This document shows, piece by piece, positions 49,151 to 61,455 of a stretch of 64,000 bases of DNA (positions within the stretch are counted from its first letter, which is position 1; every line of letters begins with the position of its first letter). The notes under the pieces were generated by a model that saw only the letters and a list, made by a program, of their open reading frames with translations, was not told where the DNA came from and made no database searches. Source of the stretch: the human T2T-CHM13v2.0 reference genome, Homo sapiens. The position numbers and the translations under genes were made by a program. The DNA is taken from the NCBI RefSeq assembly GCF_009914755.1, contig NC_060947.1, one strand, 5' to 3'.

Positions 49151-50179
49151 ACCATGGAGAGAAAGAATTTGACTACCCAGAACCATTTCTCCATCACAGT
49201 CCCCTCAAGCCTCTCAATCAAGGTCACAGAGATTCGGTTCTTACTTGAGATCTCCATGCTGGAGCACATCAAGAACCTGTCTTCCATACATCCCCTCTCC
49301 TGCCCCTGTGGAAATAAAGTTCTGAGCCCCTGATCTGCTTTGCCTCCATCTCCTTAATATCCCCCCTAGGCAGAGCATTGCCCTTTTGACATCTGCTTCG
49401 ACTCCTTCATCTTTCTCTTCTAATTATTCTCCTCAGCACTGACTCGCAACGTGTGACTATTTTATCCTAAGTTATTGTGATTGTGGAAATCGTGTATGGG
49501 GGTAATGCTTCCTATATAGCACTCTGATTCAAGAGAGCTATTTGGCAAGCATTTCTATTGAGACAGTTTCATACAGAATGGCAAAGGATGGCGGAGTGTT
49601 ATGCACTCTGTTGATTGCATATTTTAAAATCCTAAACATACATGACCCTTCTCACACTACTCACAGGTCCACAATACCACAGCTGGGATCCCACTTTACT
49701 CTAGCTTGTCTTTAGAGTTCAGTGTAACAGTCACCCAGAGGCACTTGCAATAACCATGTGGCTGCTGCCAGGTGGAGTTTGTCTTGCGTCTGTGGCAGTG
49801 ATGTATGGGCCTGGAGCCCAGCTTTCCCAAGTTCACCCTCTCCGTGACCATTTGTGACACTTGCCACCTGCCCCCAGTCAGAAACTGTGTGTATGTGTGC
49901 AAGTCTGTTTTTACTGGGGAGGGGGATATTTATTTGGATTACTCTCTGTGGAAGTGAAGCAGTTTCTCATGGTATTGCTCCATTTCTAGATCTCAATGCT
50001 AAGGTAATTCTCCCTGGTCCAGGCAACTGCCTCTAGTTGCCTCCTAGGAACTAGAGAAAGAGCGGAGGAAAAAATCCACTGCCTTACATTCAGCATGTGC
50101 ACATCCCAGCCACTGGCTGTCCAGACATTTAATGAGAAACAATCATGAGATGTGCAGGCTTGGACTACTTAATCACAGT

Positions 50180-50512
50180 GTGGTTGTGTTCTGCAGTTTC
50201 AAGTGAATATAATAAGAAACAAAATACTTTTGGAGGTCATGGTCTAAATCAAAGAGGAGGGCAGACTCCAGGCACATGATGTTGCACCTCCTGCTCCAGT
50301 TGGCTCTGACCCCTCTGTGAGATGGCCGGAGCAGCTCCAGATGTGACATGCAGACATGGCAAAGTCCAGACCAAGAGGGGGCTTCTCTCTCCATGTCTCC
50401 TTTCCCGTTCCCCTGGCAAAAGTTCCTCTATGTTTCATTGGCCTGGCTTGGGACATATACTCTTACTTAAATTAATTTCTGATACAGGATTACCATGACT
50501 GGTTCAGGTCAA
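50180..50512 (-). mobile_element. MLT1K/L-type LTR fragment
   Basis: AGATGGCCGGAGCAGCTCCAGATGTGACATGCAGACA...TTTCATTGGCC...ATTACCATGACTGG. Confidence 0.6.
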
Positions 50513-50596
50513 TTAAAAAACACATTTTATTGAAGTATAATATACCTCAAAATATGTGTATAGCTTGATGCTTTTATACAAACTGAGCCCACCCAT

Positions 50597-50629
50597 ATAA
50601 CCAGCACTAAATAACCAGCACTAAATAAC
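50597..50629 (+). repeat. 14-bp tandem duplication at the end of a small L1M 3' fragment (~50520-50607)
   Basis: ATAACCAGCACTAA x2 plus ATAAC. Confidence 0.8.
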
Positions 50630-50649
50630 TTTCTTCTATTCATCTAAAT

Positions 50650-51125
50650 AAGGGTTTTTAACCTTGTTTGTACCAGGGATTCCTTTGGCAGTGTGGTAAA
50701 GCCTAGAAGCCCCTTCTAAGAATGTTTTTTAAATACGTAAGATTACAAAGGAATCCAGTTACTTGGAAAGGACGTTATTCGAATTTTAATATGTTCATTC
50801 AGGTTAATTAAGATTAATTTGGTCATTCAACAAATTTTTGATATAGTAGTGTGTGTTCTGCTTTATTGACACGTTAAATAACAAAATCTAGTGGCAGATA
50901 TAACTACTACCATAATTCTGAATTGCTCATGGACATAAAAGATTCTGCTGGTGACAAAGTCACAGGTCCTGCTAACGGTATTGTGGTTTACTGCCTACAT
51001 TTATGACTAAAAGAAAAGCTACGTTTCAGTTAAAGGTTAGTGAAGACAAAGAGGTATTTTGTTTTTCCATTCACAGTCATATATCCCTTGAATCCTATCC
51101 ATAGACTTGAGGTCAAGAACACCTG
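50650..51125 (-). mobile_element. Charlie4a/MER119-like hAT element
   Basis: GGGTTTTTAACCTT...CCTTTGGCAGTGTGGTAAAGCC...GGTGACAAAGTCACAGG...TTGAATCCTATCCATAGAC...GGTCAAGAACACCTG; reverse complement of the element at 36.2-37.5 kb. Confidence 0.8.
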
Positions 51126-51217
51126 GAACTTGGACTCATCAGTTGGAATGGTCTGGATGTTAAATATCATGACCTTCCACAGTAGATCAAGGAAACTGGA
51201 GATTTGGGTCCTGCAGA

Positions 51218-51380
51218 TTCATTCATTCATTCAATAGTTATTTATCACACATCAACTATGTGTTAGGTACCATCGTATGTGTGGATACACAGTGGTGAAT
51301 TAGGTAGACATGGTCTCTCCCCTCACATAGTTTATAGACCAGTGGAGAGGAGAGAAAATAAAGAAGTAAACAAAGGTGAA
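51218..51380 (-). mobile_element. L2 3' end
   Basis: TTCATTCATTCATTCAA...TATGTGTTAGGTAC...GATACACAGTGGTGAA...AGACATGGTCTCT. Confidence 0.75.
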
Positions 51381-51615
51381 CTGAAGACTCAGAGAGAGGC
51401 TAAATTCGGCACTGAAGCTGGAGTCCAGAAGGCGGTTCAAACCAAAGGATGGATTGCAAGCTAAGTTTGCTAGAGGTAATTGCCAAGAATTTCTCCTGAG
51501 CAAAGATTTTCCAGTGAGGCCACTCTGGACCCCTGGTGATCCCCTCCCTGGAGTAGCCCTGTCTGAAACCCTGATCTTCAGTGTGGTGACTGGTTCCATT
51601 TACTTTGATACTGCC

Positions 51616-51953
51616 TGCTGTAGTCTGAATGTCTGTGTTCTTCCAAAATTGACATGTTGAAACCTAATCCACAATGTGATGGTATTAAAAGGTGGGGCTT
51701 TGGGAAGGTAATACGTTCCGGAGCGGGGAGCCCTTATAAAAGGGACCTCAAAGACCCAGAAAGCTCTGTCACCTCTTCCCTCATTTAAGAACACAGCAAG
51801 AGGTGCCATCTGTGAACCAGGAAGCAGGCCCTCACTAGACACTGTATCTCCTAGTGTCTTGATCTTGGACTTCCCAGCCTCCAGAACTACGAGCAATAAA
51901 TTTCTGCTGTTTATAATCCACCCAGTCTATAGCAGCATGAATGGACTAAGACA
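51616..51953 (+). mobile_element. MLT1A0/MST-type solo LTR
   Basis: TGCTGTAGTCTGAATGT...TTGATCTTGGACTTCCCAGCCTCCAGAAC...AATAAATTTCTG...GGACTAAGACA. Confidence 0.92.
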
Positions 51954-52184
51954 TGGTACAATGAAGACCCCTGTGACTCTCCTTGCTATGTCAGTGTTTT
52001 CCACCAAAGCTTTCGGCCAAAGCCAGGAATTTGGTCTTTCAGTGATTTACGTTAAGATGCTGTCTCCAAAATACATTATGTCTCTGACCTGCAACTTCCA
52101 ATAATAATAAAAGCATTTTAGTAAGCACCTTGATGTCCCCAGAAAATAAGGCTTCGTTTCCTCCTTCCCTCTTTCATTATAAAA

Positions 52185-52520
52185 CATGTACTAAGCATCT
52201 GCTGAATAATGAGCATGATGCTGGGAGCAAGGGAAACAGACATTAATAACACATGGCCCTACGGCCCTACCCTCAAGCAAATAGTACTCTAGTGGAGACA
52301 GAAAGGCATGTAAGCCAGTAAATGCCATTAAGTGCCCCAGCTGCCAGGGGAAAGTCTGTGTGGGTTCCAATGGGAGTACAAAGGCTGAAGGGGACAATTC
52401 TAACAGGTCAGAAGGTGGAGCAGGCAGAAAAGATTTCATAAGAAGTCAATTATTGGGTGTCATGATGGAAGAGCGGTGAGTAGAATGTTTCTGGATGGTC
52501 AAAGGAGAAAGGGATTTTCT
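52185..52520 (-). mobile_element. L2 fragment
   Basis: TACTAAGCATCTGCT...TGCTGGG...GGCCCTACCCTCAAG...CTAGTGGAGACAG. Confidence 0.55.
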
Positions 52521-52871
52521 CAGCTACGCTTTCACCAGCTACCACAGCCTTCCTCTGCCCAGAAGAGCTGTGAATCCTTCATCGAAGCCCCAAAGAGGTG
52601 GTCCTAAAATTAGGAGTGACCATCATTCAATCTTACTTTTCTTCAGTGGTGCTTAAAAACATGTAAGCCAAAAAAAAAAAAAAAAAAAACTCAGATAGGG
52701 AAGAGAAATGAAATGAGGACTAAGCCAGTGGGCAAGAACCAGAAACAGCTTGATAAGAGCAAGGAAATAAAATGAAATTAGTATTTTCATGTTCCGTAAG
52801 GGAGCAAATATTTTTAGGTCCTCAAAAGCACCATGTGTGAATATAGTTTTACGTCTTCTTATTTGGGTTAT

Positions 52872-53036
52872 GTGGTTCTCAACATTGGCTGCAAAAGAGA
52901 ATCACCTGAAGAGCTTTAAAAATGACCAATGCCTAGGATGTACCCCAAACAATTAAATCAGTATCTTTAGGGGAATAACTCATGCATCTATATTTTTTAA
53001 AGGTCCCCAAGGTGCAGCCAGAGTTGGGAACTAGTG
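52872..53036. mobile_element. MER5B
   Basis: GTGGTTCTCAACATTGGCTGCA...AGAATCACCTGAAGAGCTTTAAAAAT...AATTAAATCAG...GTGCAGCCAGAGTTGGGAAC. Confidence 0.85.
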
Positions 53037-53046
53037 CCCTATAGAC

Positions 53047-53381
53047 CAGGCGTCAGCAAGCTTTGGCTGTAAAAAGGCAGAGAATAAACACTGTGGGCTT
53101 TGCAAGCCATACAGTCTGTTGTAACCTCTCAACTCTGCAATTGTGGCACAAGAGCAGCCACAGGCAATACATAAACAAATGGTATGGCTGTGTTCCAATC
53201 AAACTTTATTTATGAACACTGAAATGTCAATTTCATGTAGTTTTTAGGTGTCACAAAATATGTGCCTTTCATTTTCTCTCAACCATTTAAAAACGTAAAG
53301 GCCATTCTTGACTTTCTGGCCACACAAAAGTAGGAGGCAGGCGGATTTGGCCCACTGGCCATAGTTGATTGATTCCTCCTG
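53047..53381. mobile_element. MER58B hAT-Charlie MITE
   Basis: CAGGCGTCAGCAA...GGCTGTGTTCCAATCAAACTTTATTTA...GGATTTGGCCCA.TGGCCATAGTT; degenerate 8-bp TSD CTATAGAC/CTTTAGGC. Confidence 0.88.
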
Positions 53382-54551
53382 CTTTAGGCACCATGAGATA
53401 CCAGACCAAGTAGAGCAAAATGGAAAGTTTCCATTACTTCTCGGTGAAATGTCAACTTGCAGATAAAGCACATTTTTGAGGGCTGAGCATGTCTTCCTTC
53501 ATCCTGAATATTATCTCTAAAACTGCAAGCTTAATAGTATACACACACATTGCTAAAATTATATCTCATTGCTCTTTAAAAACAAACAGGTAAGGTGAGC
53601 AAGATATTCAAAAACCAGCTTCGAAATATGGTTCTAACATCCTATTCAATATCCACTTTCAAACTGCCAGTATTGCAACCTGCTTCACAATTTCATCAAA
53701 CTGGCAGAAACAATTGGACAGCGTTGGAAAGCGATGACTTGCCAAATATCACTTGAACCAGCAAGGGCTGGAAGCAGCCTCGCTGATGAGACTCCAGCTT
53801 GGTGAGTGCACACACAGCTATAACCAACCTGTTCTCAACCAAGTAATTACCTTCTCCTGGGGAGACAGAGTGGTATTTAAAAAAATGCAGAAAGACAACA
53901 CACTGTAGGGGGAGAGAAAGAATGAGGCAGAGAAAAAGAAAGGAAGAGAAAGAGAGGGGTGCAAGAGGAAATCGATTCTTGCAAGATATATATAAAAAAA
54001 AAGATGGCTACAGAGAGACTCACCAAAATTCCATCTGGTAAAATCATCCAGGAGATAGAAAAGGAAACGAAAGAGCTGGCAGGTGAACAAGCCTGGCTTT
54101 CAATGGCTTAATAATGGGGATGTTTGGTAACCAATGAGGTTAATGCACGAGTAACATAAACCAGCAGGTGGTCTTACAGGGGACTTGCTGCATATACTAA
54201 TTGAAGGACATTTAATACAGGATAATGGCAGAAAGATAGGGCTGCGGCTGAATTCACTTCCTTTCATTCACAAAGGATGAGCTCGCAGAATTTAATAGCT
54301 TGGCACTGTCATTCAAGAGGAACAGCAGTATTGATTGAAATAAAGTCTTCTTTTTAATGTGGGAACAAATGGAGGGAAGGAAGCAAGAAAGGAAGGAAGG
54401 AAATGAGGGAGGGAGAGAGAGAGGAAAGGAGAGAAGGAAGGAAGTTAACAAATGAACTTAATGAGAGACCCTGTGGCTGTGATTTCAGGGTTAGAGAGCT
54501 ATTATCTGCCATTCATTAGAAAATGCCCGGCTAATGCAGTTGATCAATAGA

Positions 54552-54715
54552 CCAGTTTCTCAAACTTTGATGTGTAAACAAATCTCCCAGGGAGCTCATT
54601 AAAAGACAGGTTTTGATTCAGTAAGCCTGGAGCAGGGCCTGAGATTCTGCATTTCTAGCAAACTTCCGGTTGATGTGCTGCTGCTGGTCCACAGACCACA
54701 GTTTGAGGAGCAAGG
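54552..54715. mobile_element. MER5A
   Basis: TTTCTCAAACTTT...TGATTCAGTAAGCCTGG...GAGATTCTGCATTTCTA...CTGCTGGTCCACAGACCACAGTTTGAG. Confidence 0.85.
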
Positions 54716-55073
54716 CTTTAAGACCTACGCTGCTCCAGTACAGTAGCCACTCGCATGTGGCTACTGAGCACTTGGAATGTGGCCAGTCTAAGATAAGATG
54801 TGTTGTAGGTTTCTAAGATGTAGTAAAAAGGAATCTGAAACACTCCATTAATAATGCCTATATTGATCACATGTTGAAATAAGATTTTGGATATACTGGG
54901 TTAAATATAATATATTATTACAATTGATTTTACCTGTTTTTCTTTTTTACTTTTTAAAATGTGGCTTCTAGAAAATGTAAATGTAGCACATGTGGCTGGT
55001 GTTGTATTTCTTTTTTTTTTCTAGGTACACGGGCAATTTTATTTAAGATTGCAACAAGAATTGGTGTGTTTCT

Positions 55074-55773
55074 GCCAGTTAGAATGGCCATCATTAAAAA
55101 GTCAGGAAACAACAGATGCTGAAGATAATGTGGAGAAATAGGAATGCTTTTACACTGTTGGTGGGAGTATAAATTAGTTCAGCCATTGTGGAAGACAGTG
55201 TGGTGATTCCTCAAGGACCTAGAACTAGAAATACCATTTGACCCTGCAATCTCATTACTGGGCATATACCCAAAGGATTATAAATCATTCTACAATAAAG
55301 ACACATGCACATGTATGTTTATTGAGGCACTATTCACAATAGCAAAGACTTGGAACCAACCCAAATGTCCATCAATGATAGACTAGATTAAGAAAATATG
55401 GCATGTATACACCATGGAATACTATGCAGCCATAAAAAAGGATGAGTTCATGTCCTTTGCAGGGACATGGATGAAGCTGGAAACCATCATTCTCAGCAAA
55501 CTATCACAAGGACAGAAAACCAAACACCACATGTTCTCACTCATAAGTGGGAGTTGAACAATGAGAACACATGGACATGGGGCGGGGACATCACACACTG
55601 GGGCCAGTCAGGGGGTAGAGGGCTGGGGGAGGGATAGCATTAGGAGAAATACCTAATGTAAATGAGGAGTTGATGGGTGCAGCAAACCAACATGGCACAT
55701 GTATACCTGTGTAACAAACCTGCACGTTCTGCACATGTACCCCAGAACTTAAAGTATAATTTTTTAAAAAAGG
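55074..55773 (+). mobile_element. L1PA (PA7/8-like) 3' end, 5'-truncated
   Basis: CCAGTTAGAATGGC...GTACCCCAGAACTTAAAGTATAAT; 18-bp TSD AAGAATT(G/A)GTGTGTTTCT at 55056-55073 and 55774-55791. Confidence 0.96.
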
Positions 55774-55814
55774 AAGAATTAGTGTGTTTCTCGCTTCCCT
55801 TGGATTCACCTGCA

Positions 55815-56140
55815 TTTTTAAAATGTTTTTAAATTTTTAATTTTCAGTTTTTGTAGATACATAGTAGGCATGCAATATGAAATAAGCACATCATGGAGAA
55901 TGAGGTATCCATCCCCTCAAGCATTTATCCTTTCAGTTACAAACAACCTGATTACAATCTCAGTTATTTTTAAATGTACAATTAAGTTATTATTGATTGT
56001 AGTCACCCTGTTGTGCTATCAAATAGTAGGTCTTATTCTTTCTATTTTTTGTACCCACTAACCATCCTCACCACCCCCACCACCCCCCACTACCCTTCCT
56101 CATCTCTGGTAACCATCCTTTTACTCTCTATCTCCCTTCA
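55815..56140 (-). mobile_element. L1MA-type 3' end carrying a 3' transduction (55012-55073 plus 55792-55814)
   Basis: AAGCACATCATGGAGAATGAGGTATCCATCCCCTCAAGCATTTATCC...GTCACCCTGTTGTGCTATCAAATAGTAGGTC; 12-bp TSD TGTTGTATTTCT brackets the whole unit. Confidence 0.9.
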
Positions 56141-56279
56141 TGTTGTATTTCTATTGGCTACCACAGCTCTAGGCTCTTCCTCCTTGCTGTCTCCTCTGGT
56201 TTAAGTTATAAAAACTGTTCCAAGCAGTTTGTACTATTAACCCATGAGCTATGGGCAATGCAGTTTCTCTTCCTCCTTC

Positions 56280-56990
56280 CTATTATTAAAAAGAAAAAAA
56301 AAAACAGAAAAACCTGATGCTGGTGAGGTTGCAGAGAAAAGGGAACACTTATACACGGCTGGAAGGAATGCAAATTAGCTCAGCCGCTGTGAAAAGCAGT
56401 GTGACAATTCCTCAAAGAACTTAAAACAGAACTACCATTTGATTCAGCAATCCCATTACCCAAAGGAATATAAATAGTTCCACCATAAAGACACATATAC
56501 ACATATGTTCACTGCAGCACTATTCACAGTAGCAAAGACATGGAATCAGCCTAAATGCCCATCAACGGTAGACAGGATAAAGCAAATGTGGTACATATAC
56601 ACCATAGAATACTATGCTGCAATAAAAAAGAATGAGATTATGTCCTTTGCAGCAACATGGATGGAGCTGGAGGCCATTATCCTAAGCAAAGTAATGTAGG
56701 GACAGAAAAGCAAATACTGCATGTTCTCATTTATAAGTGAGAGCTAAACAACAACAAGAACACATGGACACAAAGAGGGGAACAGCAGACACTGGGGTCT
56801 ATCGGAGGGTGGAGGGTGGAAGGAGGGAGAGGATCAAAAAACTACCTATCAGATCCTATGATTATTACCTGGGTGGTGAAATTATCTGTACACCAAAGCC
56901 CTGTGACATGCAGTTTACTTATATAACAAACTTGCACATGTACCCCTGAACCTAAAATAAAAATTTTAAATAAAGAAAAAAAAAGAAAAG
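56280..56990 (+). mobile_element. L1 3' end (old L1PA/L1PB type)
   Basis: ORF 56505..56699 is the ORF2 C-terminus (MFTAALFTVAKTWNQPKCPS...); 3'UTR ends TACCCCTGAACCTAAAATAAAA plus A tail. Confidence 0.95.
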
Positions 56991-57149
56991 GTACCCATGA
57001 GTTTATTGCCCACACTAACTCATTTCTCACACAAGCAGTTACTTCAGCACAACCCCTGGTTTGCTCATTAAACCAATGCTGGCAATAGAAGTGTATACGA
57101 GGGACACAGTAGAGAACATGATCTAAGCCAGTTTCATTGGCCAGAACTT

Positions 57150-57340
57150 CCCCTTCTGCAAATTAGCTATGTGACCTTAGGCAAGTGACTTTACCAATCC
57201 ATGCTTAAGTTTCTGCATCTAAATGGGAATAATAACAGTACCCTTCCTAACAGTGTTGTATGAAAGTTAAATGAGTTCACACTTATGAAGTACTTAAGTC
57301 AACACTTAACACGTAGTAAGCTCCATATACATGCTGGCTA
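57150..57340 (+). mobile_element. MIR
   Basis: TAGCTATGTGACCTTAGGCAAGTGACTT...TTTCTGCATCTAAATGGGAATAATAACAGTACC. Confidence 0.8.
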
Positions 57341-57459
57341 GGCTTGGCCATTGGCAATCTGTTGATGAATGTTTTAGGTATAAATGTCTAAATAGTATTA
57401 TGATCCCATTCCATCCCAATGGCCTTCTGAAATTCAGTACGCAGAAGGCACAGCAAATA

Positions 57460-57850
57460 AATCAGAGGATAGATAAATTGTAGTTGATTCATACAACTGA
57501 ATGCTATACGATGATGAAAAAAGAAATAAATGGCTGCTAATCACAACACCATGAATGCACCTCACATACCTAATGTTGAGCAAAAGAAACCAACCACAAA
57601 AATGTGCATGCTCTGTGATTGCATCTATAGAAAGTTGAAAAATATGCAAAACTAATTTATGGCAAAAGATTCTCTTTACTTTTGGGGTGGTGGTAATGAC
57701 AGGATGGATATAAAGTAGGCATCTTGGTGCTAGTAATGCATGCCCTAACCTAGATGGTAGTTCAATGGGTGTGTTCATTTTGTTAAAATTCATTGAGCTG
57801 TTCACTTGACATTTGTACGCTTTACAGTATGTATATTATTTCACAATTTA
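57460..57850 (+). mobile_element. L1ME/MD-type 3'UTR fragment
   Basis: GATAAATTGTAG...AATGTTGAGCAAAAGAAACC...GCAAAACTAATTTATGG...AAAATTCATTGAGCTGT. Confidence 0.75.
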
Positions 57851-57956
57851 GACAAAAGAAGGAACGGGAAGCGCAGAAGAGAGTTCTTTCTAGTGAGTTT
57901 CAGTTGGAAAATCCAGCCATGAACCCCTGGGTATAAACATGTCAGAACCTACTTAA

Positions 57957-58045
57957 GGCCAGGCGTGGTGGTGCATGTCTGTATTCTTAGCTCCTCAAGA
58001 AGCTGAGGCAAGAGACTCACTTGAGCCCAACAGTGAGAGGTCAAA
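57957..58045 (+). mobile_element. FAM/FRAM-like Alu monomer fragment
   Basis: GGCCAGGCGTGGTGGTGCATGTCTGTA...GCTGAGGCAAGAG...CACTTGAGCCCA. Confidence 0.75.
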
Positions 58046-58213
58046 CGGAACACTTTCATAAAATTATGAGATTCACTTTGCTTCTGCTCCCCTTCTTGTC
58101 ATCTCTGACCCAGAATTAAATCTTTCTTAGAATAGGAGGAATGGGTGAGAGAAATGAGAAGAAGATTAGAGTAAATGAGGGTCTTTCTGAAGCTGAGCTT
58201 TCTTCTTCCCTAA

Positions 58214-58594
<381 letters not shown>

Positions 58595-59224
58595 CGTCAC
58601 TGCATTTTTAAGCATTGGGAGTGTTGTGAGAGGATGGGGCTGGCTACATCACATGGTGTCTTGTATTTAATAGCTAAATGGGTAGACTTTAAGCAGAAAA
58701 CCTCTGAGAATAACCAACGGGCATAGTAGAAGGAACCAGAACTGTTACCAGTCTTATCCATAGCTGCAGAAAGATCATCTAACATTCAAGAGGCATATGT
58801 GCCAAGCAAAGGGTGATCTTGATTATTTGTACTTTGTTCCATAACAAGTTTATTAATTTTAACAATTATATTTTATTAATATTCACTACTAGTAACATAA
58901 AGAAAAATTATTTTCTAAATGTCATGACAATTCAACTAAGTAATAATCCTTTAATATTTTAAATATCCTCCTGGTTTGTGAATAACATTGGCAAGGTTGA
59001 AAGAATCTAAGATGAAAAGGTGGGAAAACTGGGTTGTTGTTGCAGCCCAGCCACTGCCTAGGTGTGAGATTCTACCTGTCTTAGTTTACTAAGTAACTAA
59101 GTAAACTAACTAAGTAACAACAGTTACTTTGATTATACAATGGGAAGGAGGAATAACAGAGGGCTCTGGACTTTAGAATGTTTAAGGTCCCCCTGAGGTC
59201 TAACCTTTAATTCTACGAAACCTA

Positions 59225-59653
59225 AATCCTCTGACTCTCACCACTTCCAAACACCAGTACGTGCATTTCTTTGTTTGAGGGCTGTCTCTGGCCAGTGAAG
59301 CCAGATTTGTCTGCCCACGTGGCAGGCCAGAAATGCTAGGAAATTAACACCATTTGGAAGAAGCCCTCCTCTGATAATACTGGGGAGTTTGTGTATAAAT
59401 ACCCCAGCTCTCTCGCTCATGGGTAGAAGAACCCTGAAGCATGTGTTTAACACTGTCTCCCAGAATTTCCCAGTGAAATCAAGTTCCAGTCAACCACAGT
59501 GATAATTGGATAATGCACATTTTATTTGCTGCCTTCCCTATCCTATCTCCCATCCCTACTTCCCTACCAGTATTTCCTTCATCATCTAAAGAAACTATTT
59601 GTACTCAAATCCTTGTCTAAGCATCTCTTTCCAGGTGAGCTTAAACTAAGACA
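59225..59653 (+). mobile_element. LTR16A-like ERVL solo LTR
   Basis: GGCAGGCCAGAAATGCTAGGAAATTAAC...TATAAATACCCCAGCT...ACTCAAATCCTTGTCT...AAACTAAGACA. Confidence 0.85.
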
Positions 59654-60231
59654 AAACCGCACAAACCAGACACTGTGATGATAGGCGAAAGCAGCTGAGA
59701 AATAGTTCCCTCCCTAGACATTAATTTTAAGGAGTTGAGTAGATAGTGTGAACAGAGGAAGAATCATTGCCATCCAGACACAAAGCTGATGGCAAGACCA
59801 CTTAACCAACTGCTCTTCTCCTCCCACCAGAATGATATCCCCTTTAAGCATTTTAACTGCTAAAAATGCACAAGTATTATTAGAAGGTTGGAAAACTTGC
59901 ACCATCTGGCTAAATCCAGTCTGGTGTCTTGGAGACACACTAAATTTGATGTACACTCCATTAAGGAAGATAATGAAACAGTCGTCTTTCAAAGATTCAA
60001 ATTAAGTCATTAGTTAAGAGCTCATCCTTCCAATTTGATGGGAGAGACTTTCAAATCTCCTGTTCCAAATAGTTTTCACTATCGGCTATATTCAACACCT
60101 TATTCTGAAGGGATCAGTGTGAGGCCTTTTTTTCAATCTACAGAAAGATGGTGATTGAATACCTTTGATCCCTTCACTTGTGTTCCTCTCTTGCCTTTCT
60201 CAGTGTGGAAGCCTTTTTTTAATACAGGGAA

Positions 60232-60690
60232 TGTGTAGCACACACTGTTGGGAGATATTCAATGTTCATTCCACACCCCTTCTCCCTTCTCCGTCACAGC
60301 CCATAGAGGTTGGAAAAAATCGGAGACTCACATTCCAGTTTCTCTTTTACAAAGGTCGCCATTTTACCTAATTCTGATGAATGAGAGTATTGGGAAAATT
60401 TGCTGGAAGTCTTTGCAAACTGAGAGGAGAGAAGTATCTGAGGAGATCTCCTTCACTGCCCACCTATTTCTGTATAGATATAATGGTTGGAGGCTTAGTT
60501 GCCATCTTGTGACCATGAGGGGAGACTCTACCAGGAAACTGAGAATGGGCAAGAGAGAAAGTGGAAAGATCTTCGGTCATTGGGATGCCATCAAGCTGAC
60601 AAATCAACTCTGAGACCACCCACCTCCTTGTTAAATAAATAACGAATACCCTTCTGGTTTAAGCTGCCAAAAGCATTCCCAACAGATATA
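60232..60690 (+). mobile_element. MLT1K/L-type LTR
   Basis: GCCATCTTGTGACCATGAGG...TGGTTTAAGC...AAAAGCATTCCCAACAGATA. Confidence 0.6.
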
Positions 60691-60829
60691 GTAGATTTTT
60701 AAGGTAAAATTTTTATTGAAATATAACATACATACAGAAATATGCACAAATTGTAAGTAGGCAACTTGAAGAATTTTCATGGAATGTTTTTTTGTTTGTA
60801 AATCGCCATTACCCAAGTATTTTGGAAAC

Positions 60830-61075
60830 GAAAATAGTGGTTAAGAGCGCAAACTCTAGAGCCAGATTGCTGGGTTCCAAACTCATCTCCACTACCCACT
60901 AATTTGATGACCTTGGGCAAATAATTGAATCTCTCTATGTCTCAGCGTTATCACTTGTAATGCGGGAATGACAATACTACCTATTTCACAGAATTTTTGT
61001 AAGGATTAAATATGTTAATTTTTAAAATTTATACACCTGGCACATAGTAAGTGCTGATAAATATTTGTTAGATAT
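60830..61075 (+). mobile_element. MIR
   Basis: TAGTGGTTAAGAGCGCAAACTCTAGAGCCAGA...TGACCTTGGGCAAAT...CCTGGCACATAGTAAGTGCT. Confidence 0.9.
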
Positions 61076-61284
61076 CAGTAATGTTAACCAGGGCACAACT
61101 CAGGGTGGGGAGGTAGAGCAGGAAGGATCTGGGAGAGTTAATAGGTATTTGAGGGCCTGAGACCATCTTGGAAGCTAAAAGTGCCTAATGAGCTAGGAAA
61201 TGCTAAAACTATTTTACAGCCTAGAGTTGCATAATGGAGCTACAGACCTCTAGAACTTGGGTGCGGCTTTGAAATCTCCTGTAT

Positions 61285-61455
61285 GGCAGTTCTTAACTGG
61301 GATCTGACCATGTGCCCCTGGAAACCCGCCACCCTTCCTGTAGCATACAAGGGTGATGCTGTACATCAACAGGCATATATGTGTGTTTTGCTATCCAGAC
61401 TTTTCATCAGACTCGTGGGGCACTCATGATCCCCAAAAGGCTAAAACTCCCTACT
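61285..61455. mobile_element. Old hAT-Charlie MITE fragment
   Basis: GCAGTTCTTAACTGGG...CTTTTCATCAGA...ATGATCCCCAAAAGGCTAAAAC. Confidence 0.45.

Larger units (their letters stand above)
54729..56170. mobile_element. MER33 split by L1 insertions (parts 54729-55011 and 56141-56170)
   Basis: GTAGCCACT...ATGTGGCTACTGAGCACTTGGAATGTGGC...CATGTGGCTGG-TGTTGTATTTCT | resumes TGTTGTATTTCT-ATTGG. Confidence 0.85.

Noticed and set aside
56240-57005. ACCCATGAG repeated on both sides of the L1 at 56280-56990 as a possible TSD
   Set aside because: Only 9 bp match and the left copy is ~30 bp away from the L1 5' end; could be chance
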